A DNA stretch of 64,000 nt. Source: Candidatus Bathyarchaeota archaeon. GTDB taxonomy: Archaea > Thermoproteota > Bathyarchaeia > Bathyarchaeales > Bathycorpusculaceae. Numbering within the stretch: the first letter of the stretch is position 1; each line of letters opens with the position of its first letter. Of the stretch, positions 9,926 to 20,305 are shown piece after piece. Below the pieces are notes generated by a model, which was not told the DNA's origin, ran no database searches, and saw only the letters and a program-made list of their open reading frames with translations. The translations under genes and the position numbers were made by a program. The stretch is from the NCBI GenBank assembly GCA_963720565.1, contig CAVRFW010000002.1, forward strand, positions 32,001-96,000, read 5' to 3'.

Positions 9926-11530
9926 TCAAACTGTAACTTTGTTGCTGTTGAGCCAAAACCAAAAGCGCAAACTGGTTAAGGTCGCCTTAAGCCTATTTCG
10001 TTTCCTAAAGAGAACAAACAACCCCAAACCAACTGAAGTTGCGGCAACTAATGACGCGAAAAAATATGTTGTTGGGAAAGGCTGCTTAGTTGTTTCCTCG
10101 TCGCCAGGAACCCTCGGAATTGCAACAGATTTTAGAAGCGGGTAACGATCCGTGTTATTCGTACCCACTATGTAAGGTGTGTCTCCTATTCCATCGCCAT
10201 TCGAGTCAGTACCAGTGTAGTCGTTCCAGTAGTTGCCTTGTTTGCCGTCATCCCAAACACTTATTGAAATCGTCAGAGGTATCGACCAAGGCGCAAAACC
10301 AACGTCACTCCATTGTTTAGTGTTGTTTACAAAGTTGTTGTGGTGAATAATGTTGGTTCCACAGTATTCAGTGTATACACCTCTTTCGCTGTTGGCTATG
10401 TTGTTCTCCAATATCTTGTTCTCAGCAGAGTCAGCTAAGTAAACGCCCGTAACAGTGTTTGCGGTTATGTCGTTTCCCCAGATATTATTGTTAAGAGAGC
10501 TCCAGCGTAATTGAATGCCGTTTTCATTTCTGGTTATGGTGTTTCCGCTTATCGTGTTGTTAGAGGATGCGTCAAGATTGATGCCGAATAAGCATTCTGA
10601 GAGCTTGTTATTCGTGATCGTTGAGTTTGTGGACGAGCCTAAGAATACGCCTTCGAGGTTTCCGCCGAGATCAAGGTTATTTACCGTTATGCCCGTGCAT
10701 CTTATGATGGCAACGTAGCAGACACCATCTGGAACAGTCTTGTCGTGTTCATTAACCCAGTATATAATTGGTTTCTCGTTCACTGTGTTAGATGTGTCAA
10801 CGTCAACATTGACCGCCTCGACATTGAAGGCGCGAAAGCCATAGGTATTATTGATCATCATGTTGTTTTTCGCTATGCTATCCGAACCTACTCCCAAACC
10901 CAGACCAAAAGTATTTGAAATTATTCTGTTTCCCACAATGCTGGTGTTTACGAAATTTTTAATCTGCATACCAACGCTGCTGTTTACAACTTCATTTTCC
11001 AAAATAGCGTTATCAGAGCCTGGACGGACACTGTAGATCTCCATTCCAACTCCACAATTCTGGATGAGGTTTTCTGCAATCTTGTTACGTGAAGAATTTC
11101 CGGTCATTTCAATGCTGATGAAGTTGTCATTGAACTTATTCCTAATTATGTTGCAGTCTGCAGAGCTAACGAGAAGAATTCCACATCTACCTAGGAAGCC
11201 TGTGATAACCAGATTTACTATTGTCACGTTTTTTCTGTTGCGGATATCGACTCCTACCCCGTTGTCGCTTTCTGCTAGCAAAATATTGCCTGCCCCATCA
11301 ATTATTATGTTGTCTCTTTCTACAATAATTGAGCCAGTAATGCTTCCATTGAACAAGTAAGTGTCTATGTCACGTTGAATCTTGTCCGTTCCCTCTATGC
11401 TTCCGTCAGTCTTGATAGTAATGGTGACATGATTTTGAGGGGCGGCTGTCGATTCGATAAACTGGGGTCCAGCCGCTGCCAATGGTAGAAACGCCAATAT
11501 GATTATCAGTGCAAAAGCCACCTTGTTCAT
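9926..11530 (-). CDS. Cell-surface right-handed beta-helix protein (NosD/CASH-like)
   Basis: Signal peptide, many SSNNTISGN-type PbH1 repeats, GNYWNDYTGTDSNGDGIGDTPY..DRYPL, C-terminal TM plus basic tail. Confidence 0.9.
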   Translation of the reverse strand: MNKVAFALIIILAFLPLAAAGPQFIESTAAPQNHVTITIKTDGSIEGTDKIQRDIDTYLFNGSITGSIIVERDNIIIDGAGNILLAESDNGVGVDIRNRKNVTIVNLVITGFLGRCGILLVSSADCNIIRNKFNDNFISIEMTGNSSRNKIAENLIQNCGVGMEIYSVRPGSDNAILENEVVNSSVGMQIKNFVNTSIVGNRIISNTFGLGLGVGSDSIAKNNMMINNTYGFRAFNVEAVNVDVDTSNTVNEKPIIYWVNEHDKTVPDGVCYVAIIRCTGITVNNLDLGGNLEGVFLGSSTNSTITNNKLSECLFGINLDASSNNTISGNTITRNENGIQLRWSSLNNNIWGNDITANTVTGVYLADSAENKILENNIANSERGVYTEYCGTNIIHHNNFVNNTKQWSDVGFAPWSIPLTISISVWDDGKQGNYWNDYTGTDSNGDGIGDTPYIVGTNNTDRYPLLKSVAIPRVPGDEETTKQPFPTTYFFASLVAATSVGLGLFVLFRKRNRLKATLTSLRFWFWLNSNKVTV

Positions 11531-11879
11531 ATCAGGACCAACAATGTAAGGGTTAGACGTGTATTTAGCTCTCTCCAAAGAACAATGTAGTGCAAAACAT
11601 TGAACAATGCTTTTGTGTGTTTTCAGCGTAGAAGCCTATTCAAGGAAAAACAGGGGATTGTTTTGAATTCTCAATCAAGTAGAGGTGTCACGCTACCCTA
11701 ATACTATAAAGAAAACAAGAGATAGGCGATATTACGTCGCTGTCTCGAAAAAAGCAGCAAACAATGCAGGCGGCGAAGCATTGCTAGTCACTCTCAAGGC
11801 ACGACGAAAAAGAACCATTTCGCAGCTAATCACAAGATTCTTATCGAATGTAAACGAAGTTAGAATTGAGGATGCAAAA

Positions 11880-12237
11880 ATGAAAATAGGCTCTATCGTT
11901 GTTAAATGCAGAGACTTCAACAAAATGATGGCGTTCTGGCAAGAGGCACTTCACTACGTTCCCACACAGCCTGCAAAGAATGGCTGGGTCATTCTGCGGG
12001 ATCCTGAAGGAAGAAGCCCAAACATTTCTTTGGATTTGGCAGCTGATAAGGAGCGTTTGGCAACTAGGCAAGAATCCGCGCTTGCATCTCGACCTCTACG
12101 CTGAAAACCAAGAAGACGAGGTGAATAGACTGCTCAAAATAGGAGCAAACCGCCACCCCCAGACTTATGACCCTGAAGACGACTTCATCGTGTTAGAGGA
12201 TCCTGACGGCAACCTCTTCTGCGTGGTTCAGATATAG
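11880..12237 (+). CDS. VOC/glyoxalase-family protein, frameshifted near 12050-12070
   Basis: IGSIVVKCRD..MAFWQEAL in one frame, RLHLDLY...VLEDPDGNLFCVV in the next. Confidence 0.85.
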
Positions 12238-12297
12238 CTCGCGCACGGATAAAACCTGGTTCTGATTTGAACCAACAACACAAAGCCTGAAATGACT

Positions 12298-12654
12298 TCA
12301 GAACAACTCAAGAACCTTTTTCGGGATCACGTAGTTCTTGCTGCAGTGTCTGCATTTTGCCTCATTGCTTTTTGAAGAAAACGGCTGCAAGTCTCCACAA
12401 TGAGGACATGCCATATTGACTGAGACAACTCTTCCCATGTTCAAGTCTCTGATTTCTTTAGCTTTGTCCCACATTTCAAGCTCCTCATACTTCAGAGCTG
12501 CTTCCTCATACACACCAGCTTTCTCCAATTCCTTGATTTCTGCAAGAATACCCGGAACCTCTTCCTCCTTGGAAACAAATTTTCTACTCCCACAATAGGG
12601 ACATTTCTGCGGGTCTTTCTGCAATATTTCTTCTCGGCAATCCGCGCACTTCAT
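12298..12654 (-). CDS. Protein with two Zn ribbons flanking a helical segment
   Basis: CADC/CPYC and CPHC/CRHC pairs. Confidence 0.8.
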   Translation of the reverse strand: MKCADCREEILQKDPQKCPYCGSRKFVSKEEEVPGILAEIKELEKAGVYEEAALKYEELEMWDKAKEIRDLNMGRVVSVNMACPHCGDLQPFSSKSNEAKCRHCSKNYVIPKKVLELF

Positions 12655-13029
12655 ACTTCAAAGGTCTCTCCTAAGCCAACAAATACTTCGAGAGTTAATG
12701 CGGTCTGCATACTATCAAAATAGGCGCAATAGTATTAAAACTCTAACGTAAGATGAGATTCCCCTCGGCATTCATCATCGACACAATAGGTGCAAAAACA
12801 AAACAGGATTAGCATGCCAGAGTGCAAGCGCAAAAGAGACGTTTTAACAAACCTTCAGCTTAAAGCAACTCATTTATCTTTACTCCACCTTCATGGAGTG
12901 TAATATTCTCAACTCCTAACATCTTGCTTGCCCCTTCCATTCAAGCGTCCCAGGCACACAAAGACTGTTATAGTTATAAAACAAATACCAAGTACCAGTA
13001 TTGCCGTAGATTTGGAAGGAGAGAAAACA

Positions 13030-13620
13030 ATGATTGCTGTAACTGAATCAGAAAATGGTTCCAAGGGTTGGAAGAAGTTCCTCATGAAGCACTGGAAAAT
13101 GGCTGCTGTATTTGTAGTAGTGGCTGTTTTGGCAGCTGTCAGCGCTGTTCTTGTACTCTTGTGGTTCATAGGGAATGCTCAATCAACTGGAATGGTACCT
13201 GCGAAATTGGGTCTATGGACAATGGGAAATATGGTGACTTTTCTGTTGCATTTGATTTTCTGGGAAGTTCTAATCATCGGAATCCCAGTAATCATTGCAG
13301 CAGTAGCAGGGTGGTTATGGTGGAAAAGGCTACCTGAAGAAGAAAAGAAAGAACATCATTTCTCAGGCAAACGCTCGCGCTCGACAAGCGGAGGGGGAGG
13401 CGCAATATCGCTGTTGGTTTGGATTGCGTTCTTAATCAAGGTTTATACTGATGGAAACTGGAATGTTGCTGTTGCCACTTGGACACTTGACTATCTTGTG
13501 TCTTCTTTTCTTTCGGTGCTAATGTGGATCATAATCATCTTCGGAATTCCTGGAATTGTCATAGGACTCATCTGGTGGATAGCCAATAAGAAGGGAAAAA
13601 AGCTCGACAGTTTTTCTTGA
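13030..13620 (+). CDS. 4-TM membrane protein
   Basis: GGAGAG RBS before ATG 13030; four hydrophobic helices. Confidence 0.8.
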   Translation: MIAVTESENGSKGWKKFLMKHWKMAAVFVVVAVLAAVSAVLVLLWFIGNAQSTGMVPAKLGLWTMGNMVTFLLHLIFWEVLIIGIPVIIAAVAGWLWWKRLPEEEKKEHHFSGKRSRSTSGGGGAISLLVWIAFLIKVYTDGNWNVAVATWTLDYLVSSFLSVLMWIIIIFGIPGIVIGLIWWIANKKGKKLDSFS

Positions 13621-14341
13621 GAACACATCTAAAAACACCTTTCTTTTTTTTCCGCCGCGCAGTGCCGAGTTTAGGAACAATCACCCTCAAAGATAATTGT
13701 AACTTGCCCCAAAACAAATCAGAGATCCTGCAAAGATGCACGATAAACTTGCAAGAGGACAAAAACATGTTCGGAGGAACTCTACAGTCCAGACAAACCA
13801 GAAAGGGGTAACAGACTCTGAAGAGAAATAGCTAATCACTATGCCGCAGGCGTTGCCCAATCGTACTCGCGAATTCTGAGGGCTACCTAAAGAAGCGTAC
13901 TAGGGCACGTTACTATCCATTGTTCTGAGTATCTTTCTCTGCTGTTCCATTCGTCTAAGTTTGGGACTAAGTCTTACCCGGCAAACTGTCCCATGCGTAT
14001 TCTGGTAATATCTTTTTCCTTTTGCCTTCAATTTTGTTTTTTTCGCCAATCTTTAGCACCTGCCCAGCATTGCACATGCTGTTTTGAGAGTATACAAATC
14101 GGAGTATTTTAGTGTGCCTCATGAAAGCGCCTATTCGTTCAGAACCCGATTAAAAAATTGTATCTTGGTCTTTTTCAATCTTCTTCACAGTCGCCAATTT
14201 CCATGTAGAATAAGATATTCAAGCACTAATCTGAAAGAAACAAACTGCACCATAATCATTCAGGGCAGCTAAAGAACAAACAAACGCGCAGGTTAGTGGC
14301 GAGTCTTTGGAATGACGTACCCCGAACGATGGGAGAGGCTG

Positions 14342-14587
14342 CTATTCGCTGCTTGCTATTTCTGCATCGGCACTGACTGAGTCCACGTAGGTTATTTTGA
14401 CTTTCACGTGGTCTCCCAATTTAACATCGCCGACAAGCACCGGGAATCCTTTGACTCGGGCTATGCCTTCCCCGTTCGGGCTCATTTGGATTACTTCTAC
14501 TTCGTATTCGTTACCTATTGTGACTGGGCAATCTCTTTTGCCACGTTTGTTCTTGGCGTTTCTAGGGGTTCTTTTCTTTGGACTAAT
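14342..14587 (-). CDS. Single TRAM-domain RNA-binding protein, 81 aa, apparent ATT start; absent from ORF track
   Basis: CPVTIGNEYEVEVIQMSPNGEGIARVKGFPVLVGDVKLGDHVKVKITYV matches archaeal stand-alone TRAM. Confidence 0.85.
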   Translation of the reverse strand: MSPKKRTPRNAKNKRGKRDCPVTIGNEYEVEVIQMSPNGEGIARVKGFPVLVGDVKLGDHVKVKITYVDSVSADAEIASSE

Positions 14588-14791
14588 TGAAGATACTCTC
14601 CACAGATTGTTACGTTAATGGGTTGTTAGCGCCTCGAGCATCTTAAGCATTATGCATAAAATATTGTTAGGAGTACGATTAAATCAAATTTTCCGTGTCC
14701 CAAACCAATTCAGAGATCCTAATGCTCGACTTTCAAAAACAATAGTCAGACTAGTGCTTTGCCACCGAACAGTAATTATCAATCGAAAGAC

Positions 14792-15022
14792 TCAGCGAGC
14801 GTGTTCTTTGGGTTTGACTACGAAAGACAATATCAGCAATGCAATTGTCGCCAACAGGAATAATGCTCCAAATATCGAAAGAGGTGTTCTGAAGATTGGT
14901 TCTCCATGTAGAACCCGGTTTGAAGGAAGAGCGAGAGCATAGGATGCTAAAAAGATGGCGTAAAACACCGCGCCTATCCCTTGAGCTAAAAACACGAACA
15001 AGGCTAACCTGTTTTTCTTCAA
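14792..15022 (-). CDS. Small 2-TM membrane protein
   Basis: GAGGG RBS, TTG start, two hydrophobic helices. Confidence 0.7.
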   Translation of the reverse strand: MKKNRLALFVFLAQGIGAVFYAIFLASYALALPSNRVLHGEPIFRTPLSIFGALFLLATIALLILSFVVKPKEHAR

Positions 15023-15177
15023 CCGTATCGCCCTCTCTGTTACTAGTCTTCAACTACTTCAATATTACAGCATAGTCTCTTTATAAGATTGCTTGCTAGA
15101 AACAAAAAACTCGACAACCGCAACCATAATATACTCAGTTCATCCAAACCCTAAATTGTAAGCTGCGGTGAAAGAAT

Positions 15178-16119
15178 TTGGCTGACAAAAATAGAAACTG
15201 GCCGCTCAGAGTCGGTCTTCTCCTAGTTTCCATAGCGTTGTTTTCGTACATGCTCTATGAAACCGCCAACGGCATAATCAACAGAGGACCTCTCGAGATT
15301 TTTTTCATACTCATAACCGACGTGCCAGGAGGCATAGGTATGAGTTTCAGAGCAGCGGCAGGATTCATCGCGGTAGTCACAGTTCTATTTTACATGTTCA
15401 GAAAGGATCTCTCCAAACCCGAGGCATTGATGGCAGTAAGGTTCGCATTGCTTTTTGAAGCGGGTTACTGGTTTCTGAGCTTTTTCATGTCTGGCTTTTG
15501 GGGACTCGCAGCATCCGCGAACCCAGCTCTAGGTTACGGCGATTTGTTTATGATGACGATTACAACCACTCTGCCTTGCTTTCTACAATCCATAGTGCTA
15601 GTTGGCGCTTTGATCAAGTTATTTTTTGAGTTAAACCCGAACAAACCTACGAAAAACGCCATAAAATGGGGATTGATTACAGGCACTCTTTACGTTTTCG
15701 TCTTCTGGTTGAACAACACTGGCCTCTGGGCAGCCGCTTTAGCCGAAAAGGGCTTGGACTACATTCTTCTTTATCCGTCAAACATGTTCATCTTCCTCTT
15801 CTCCACTGTCGGCCTGTTACTGATAGCAGTGTATTCAGCGTACTTCACTAAGAAATCCATAGGAACCGAAACCCTCAAAGAGCTTAACCTCCACACCGTG
15901 GGCGTAATCGTAACGCTTGTCGGACTTTATTTCGGCTTGAACTATGTCATGTGGATTTTCCTAGACAGCGTCGGAGGATGGGGCACATGGTACGCCTGGA
16001 TTCTTGGCCACAACTTGGATCTATGGGCTATGTCTCTGCCGCTCGTTGGGCTGCCACTGTTGTTCTACGGCAACTCTCCAGAAATCCAAGGTGCAACGCC
16101 GGAAATTGAGAAAGAATAG
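15178..16119 (+). CDS. Multi-pass membrane protein (~8 TM)
   Basis: 313-aa hydrophobic ORF with GGTGA RBS. Confidence 0.8.
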   Translation: MADKNRNWPLRVGLLLVSIALFSYMLYETANGIINRGPLEIFFILITDVPGGIGMSFRAAAGFIAVVTVLFYMFRKDLSKPEALMAVRFALLFEAGYWFLSFFMSGFWGLAASANPALGYGDLFMMTITTTLPCFLQSIVLVGALIKLFFELNPNKPTKNAIKWGLITGTLYVFVFWLNNTGLWAAALAEKGLDYILLYPSNMFIFLFSTVGLLLIAVYSAYFTKKSIGTETLKELNLHTVGVIVTLVGLYFGLNYVMWIFLDSVGGWGTWYAWILGHNLDLWAMSLPLVGLPLLFYGNSPEIQGATPEIEKE

Positions 16120-16205
16120 AAATACGTTAACTCGCGCTCTGCAAATAACTCTAGAGAAAACGAATGTCAACGCGTCTTAGTTCTTTTTTCCTCTTTTGTG
16201 CTTCC

Positions 16206-16808
16206 TTACTTTTTCTTAATCCGCGTCTTCGGTTTCGCCGCAGATCGCCCACTTTTTCTCTGAGAACGGTTTCCAATTACCCCTGATTCTTCCAGCTTCT
16301 TCTTGACCAGTGCCTTCTCCACTGTCCTCACGCCAAGGTTGTGCTTAGCCGCTGTTTTTCTGAGAGCTAACACCAACTTCAAGTAGTTCGTGGTTGAAAA
16401 AAGGTTAGATGCCTCATTCCCCAATAAAGCCCGCCACGCGTACACGTCAAAAACTCCATATTGTTTCGGGTCAAAAAACGCAAGAATCACACTCGCCAAA
16501 ACGGGGCTAACGCCCTCCAACATCATGAGGCAATTCATCCTGAACGCGCTATCATCAACGGGCAAATTGAAAGCCTGACTCGAAGCCAACCTCACCGAAG
16601 CCTCATCATTCCTAGCCACCAACTCCAGAACCCGAATCTTCTTCGCCTCATCATCGTTGAACTTCCACTCAACCACGTCAGCCAAATCAGCTTTCGACAT
16701 AACCTTCAATCGCCGAAACCTTGCGCCCAACTCCCTTTCCACCTGAACAAGCCACCCCTGGTCTTTGTCATATTTCTGGCTCCACTTCAGAAAATCCCGC
16801 TTATCCAC
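16206..16808 (-). CDS. HhH-GPD/DNA-glycosylase-like fold protein; start 16808 or 16868
   Basis: VVEWKF, LMMLEGVSPVLASVIL (HhH), PKQYGVFDVYAWRAL; basic tail. Confidence 0.6.
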   Translation of the reverse strand: MDKRDFLKWSQKYDKDQGWLVQVERELGARFRRLKVMSKADLADVVEWKFNDDEAKKIRVLELVARNDEASVRLASSQAFNLPVDDSAFRMNCLMMLEGVSPVLASVILAFFDPKQYGVFDVYAWRALLGNEASNLFSTTNYLKLVLALRKTAAKHNLGVRTVEKALVKKKLEESGVIGNRSQRKSGRSAAKPKTRIKKK

Positions 16809-17399
16809 CCCTTTAACACCGCTACACTTGTCGCCGTCCGCATATTTATGATTACATCTTTGCCTCAAACTTGTTGAGAAAAAAGACGAAAACGGAGTTG
16901 CAAGCTTTAAGCGCCCGGCTCCACTAAAACAAACATTAGCCGGGTTTATGGAAAAGTCAGTGCATACCTCCTTTTTTGTTCGGGTTTTTCAAGAAGCGCT
17001 CTGGTTTCAGGTGACTATTCTGGGATGTTTATCCAAGCTTACGGTTTGGACATAACACCTATATCCAGAGACTAATGTTAATTACATGATTCTTTATGAT
17101 TGTTCGAAAACAAGTTACTAAAGGCAATTCTAGAGCGGTTAAAGCCTGGAGAGAACGCGCTAAACACTGGCTCTTAACCGTTGATCCCACCTGAAATTTA
17201 TGATCCTGTTAGCAGTTATTTCTTTGTGTACGTTTGGAGATCAGAAGTTAAGGGCAAGAGAGCAACCTGTCCCTAAGGACACGTCGCTCCCCGCAAAAAT
17301 CACTCTTGCTTTTGGGTAACTTAAATTTTGTTCATTTCTGTACAAGATTAAAAATCCAGATTAGAGAAATCTGAACGAGCAGAAGCTGGCTAAGAACAG

Positions 17400-17561
17400 T
17401 CAGATACTTGAGATTTTGGTAATGATTTCTCGGTATCTCTCATCACTAAAATCTTTTGAACAGACCACCAGCACGAGCCTGCTTTCAGTGCCCTTACACT
17501 GATAAATCGTGAAATATTTTCCATCCTTAATTTCTTCTCCACACAATCCGCACTTCCTCAT
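17400..17561 (-). CDS. 53-aa microprotein MRKCGLCGEEIKDGKYFTIYQCKGTESRLVLVVCSKD...
   Basis: Read by hand; GAGGGAG RBS; CxxC...CxxD Zn-ribbon pattern. Confidence 0.65.
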   Translation of the reverse strand: MRKCGLCGEEIKDGKYFTIYQCKGTESRLVLVVCSKDFSDERYREIITKISSI

Positions 17562-17777
17562 TCTTTCTCCCTCAACATATAATTGGCCTATTTGGATTTA
17601 ACTTACGCGCACTACCGAGTCGCCAAAGCGAAGCACAGAAACAAGGAGCGCGCTAGTCTTTGTCTCCCTTATTTTCTTAAACATTCGGCGAGAAGCGCTC
17701 TTAGAAAGTAGAAAAAATGCAAAGGTGAGACAAATAAAGAGAGACTACATCAAGGTTTTCATAGAGCTTGGTAGTGG

Positions 17778-18115
17778 TTATTTGAATTTTCCTTCGAATA
17801 TGCTTTTGAACATGTAGAGGATAGGGGGGATGTTTATGAAACGGACGGTGTTTAGCCAAATTTGATAGTAGATAAGAATCCTACGCTCGTGCTCAGAGTG
17901 TAGCATAGTGTGAATGTCGCGAGGGCAACTCCCCACTTCTTCATTGATAACAAACCCCCAATCGATGACACCCACAACATAAGTTCTATCCAGTTGTTCG
18001 GATCCATGTATTCTTCTGGCAACATCATTAGCATGATAAGAATGTTGATTGCCATCCAAACAACTATCAAGTAAACTTCAGGTAGAACGACTAGATTTGT
18101 TCTCAGGCATTTCAA
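17778..18115 (-). CDS. Small multi-TM membrane protein, frameshifted near 17880
   Basis: Hydrophobic helices continue across two overlapping frames. Confidence 0.55.
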
Positions 18116-18226
18116 ATCAAATCTAGTCTATTTTACACGTTTAATGAACGATTTGATGACTGAGAATCTTGAGAAACAACACGTGTTTCCTCACTCAATT
18201 GACCCCGCTCTTCACGAATTGCCAAA

Positions 18227-18985
18227 CTAAATGGTTAGGTTTTGTTGTTTTCTAGCGACAACCATAACCTCGATCTCGTCGAGGTCAATCGGTTGACGTT
18301 GCCAGTTTCCAGCTGTGCCACCCCAGATGTGCACAACTTTGAAGCCAGCTTGATTGAAAAGCAGAGTGAGTTCCGTCGGAACATACCCGCGCTCCCTAAC
18401 CTCAACCTCTTTTCTGCCAGAAGGAGTATCCCATTCCATAACAAAGTTTTCAACCATCGTCAACGGATCAAATTTTCCACGTTTGACTTCTTCCTGAGAG
18501 TATTTGCGGATTTTCTCGAATCCATTCGGGGTTGTCAGAATCATTTTGGCTCGTATCTTGAGCGCTGCATTGATGTTGCGAAGAATGGCAAGGTCATGCT
18601 CAATCGGATGATCAGCTGACCCCAGAAGCCCAAAGGCTCCTTCACAGAGGCACAAGGCCGCGTCAAATCTCGTTTTTGACCTAAACACAGATGCATCGGC
18701 GCGTATCCAACTGACTTTAACGCGGGCTTTTCTTGCTGCCTTCCTCGCTTCAGCAAGCATTCCAGAAGAAATATCGACGCCTGTTACTTTGAAACCTTTT
18801 TTTGCGAGTTCAATAGAGTGCCGACCAGTGCCACACCCGACGTCCAAAATGCTGCTGTTCAGCTTGGGTTTTAGTTCTTCAAGTATGAATGCTACTTCTT
18901 CAACGGTGCTTCTCGTGAAGGGTTCATTCATGTATTTTCGAGCGTGCCCATCGAAGAACAGTTCCCATTCGCTTCTCTTTTTCAT
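18227..18985 (-). CDS. Class I SAM-dependent methyltransferase
   Basis: ILDVGCGTGRHS...VTGVDISSGML. Confidence 0.9.
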   Translation of the reverse strand: MKKRSEWELFFDGHARKYMNEPFTRSTVEEVAFILEELKPKLNSSILDVGCGTGRHSIELAKKGFKVTGVDISSGMLAEARKAARKARVKVSWIRADASVFRSKTRFDAALCLCEGAFGLLGSADHPIEHDLAILRNINAALKIRAKMILTTPNGFEKIRKYSQEEVKRGKFDPLTMVENFVMEWDTPSGRKEVEVRERGYVPTELTLLFNQAGFKVVHIWGGTAGNWQRQPIDLDEIEVMVVARKQQNLTI

Positions 18986-19081
18986 GCTTAATTCTTGAAT
19001 GGCAGCGAAGCTTATGAACATAGCTCCATTTAGAATAAAAATTCAGCCCTTCTCAACGCGCTCTGTTTTCGATTCAAAACT

Positions 19082-19273
19082 CTATTTCTTATTGGAGTTT
19101 TTGAAGACTTCGCATTCTATGCACTGTTTTGTTGTGCAAATGTCTTCTGAGAAGGGACAGAATTGGAACAGCCTCGGAAGATAAGCGTTCAATGCCTCGT
19201 TCTCCACTGACTTAAAATTTAGTTTGGCTTTGCTCAGAAGTGCGCGAATTTCCGTTGTAGTTTTAAGGGTCAT
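19082..19273 (-). CDS. Small protein with C-terminal Cys cluster
   Basis: CPFSEDICTTKQCIEC. Confidence 0.6.
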   Translation of the reverse strand: MTLKTTTEIRALLSKAKLNFKSVENEALNAYLPRLFQFCPFSEDICTTKQCIECEVFKNSNKK

Positions 19274-19336
19274 TTTGCTTCAACTTTCAGTCTTTTTCAG
19301 TTACTCTTTTTGTTGGAAAGTTTTGTAGTGATCCGT

Positions 19337-20035
19337 TTAGTTGATGTCTTTTAGTATTCGCTTAAGTATGGCGAAGCCGTGTCTTGCTTTGAGCTTCTTT
19401 TCACCTAATCTTGCCCTGTATTCTATCAGAATTTCCTGGGTAGTGTAACCTTTTTTCTGAACAAAATTGTTAAGTTCAACTTCGATGTCAAACCCTTTGG
19501 ATTCTATGCGCCATTCTCGCAGAATGTCAGTTCGTATGACACGAAGTCCCGTCAAGGGGTCTTCAAGTGCAACTCCGTTTAAGGTTTTATGTGCAAATGC
19601 TAGCAACTTGTTTCCCAAGTGGAATATACGATAGAGCGCTTTCTTGTCAACGTTTCCGTTGAATCTGTTGCCGCAGACCATGCCGACTTTTGGGTTCTCA
19701 TCTAAGATCTTTATCATGCCCGGAACATACTTGGCAGGGTAAGTGTAATCTGCATCTGTGAGAACCATATAGCTGACGTTTGGATCCAAGTTTTCCAGGG
19801 CTTTTGCGAGGGCGTCGCCTTTGCCTGTGCCATTCTGGGTTAGGATGGTTGCACCCATATTTTTCGCCAGCTGCACGGTTTTGTCCGTGCTCTTTCCGTC
19901 AACAACAAGCGTCGGTATATCGCCTAGGATGTCTTTCATTTCGGCTATGGTTAGACCGATGCCCTGTTCTTCATTCAAAGCTGCTATAACAAGCTGACTT
20001 GAAGAGATGGATTCTTGGGTTCTTACTATCTGCAT
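19337..20035 (-). CDS. GT2 glycosyltransferase (polyprenyl-phosphate sugar synthase-like)
   Basis: ALNEE, VVDGKSTD, GKGDA, DAD, GNR, FDIEVEL, YRARLGEKKL. Confidence 0.9.
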   Translation of the reverse strand: MQIVRTQESISSSQLVIAALNEEQGIGLTIAEMKDILGDIPTLVVDGKSTDKTVQLAKNMGATILTQNGTGKGDALAKALENLDPNVSYMVLTDADYTYPAKYVPGMIKILDENPKVGMVCGNRFNGNVDKKALYRIFHLGNKLLAFAHKTLNGVALEDPLTGLRVIRTDILREWRIESKGFDIEVELNNFVQKKGYTTQEILIEYRARLGEKKLKARHGFAILKRILKDIN

Positions 20036-20305
20036 TTATCATCAACGAATAGCAAGATTTACGATATAGTATATGAATCAAGTTTTCAAATCAACAGTAT
20101 GCTTCAATAAGGAACATGTCAAAAATCGATTAGGCTTGGAAATACAAGCTTTTCTCCCTTCAAAACACAGAAAAAAGAAATAGAAAGGACCGCCCCTGAA
20201 TAATCGCCAAATCACTCTGCCCCGTTGCTACTGCTGTGTTCATAAATATTATAAGGAGCATTTCTCAAGCAGAGTAAAGAAGGTGATATTGAAATATTTG
20301 AACAG

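Noticed and set aside
14397..14618. Plus-strand ORFs of 73 and 60 aa
   Set aside because: Antisense to the TRAM gene
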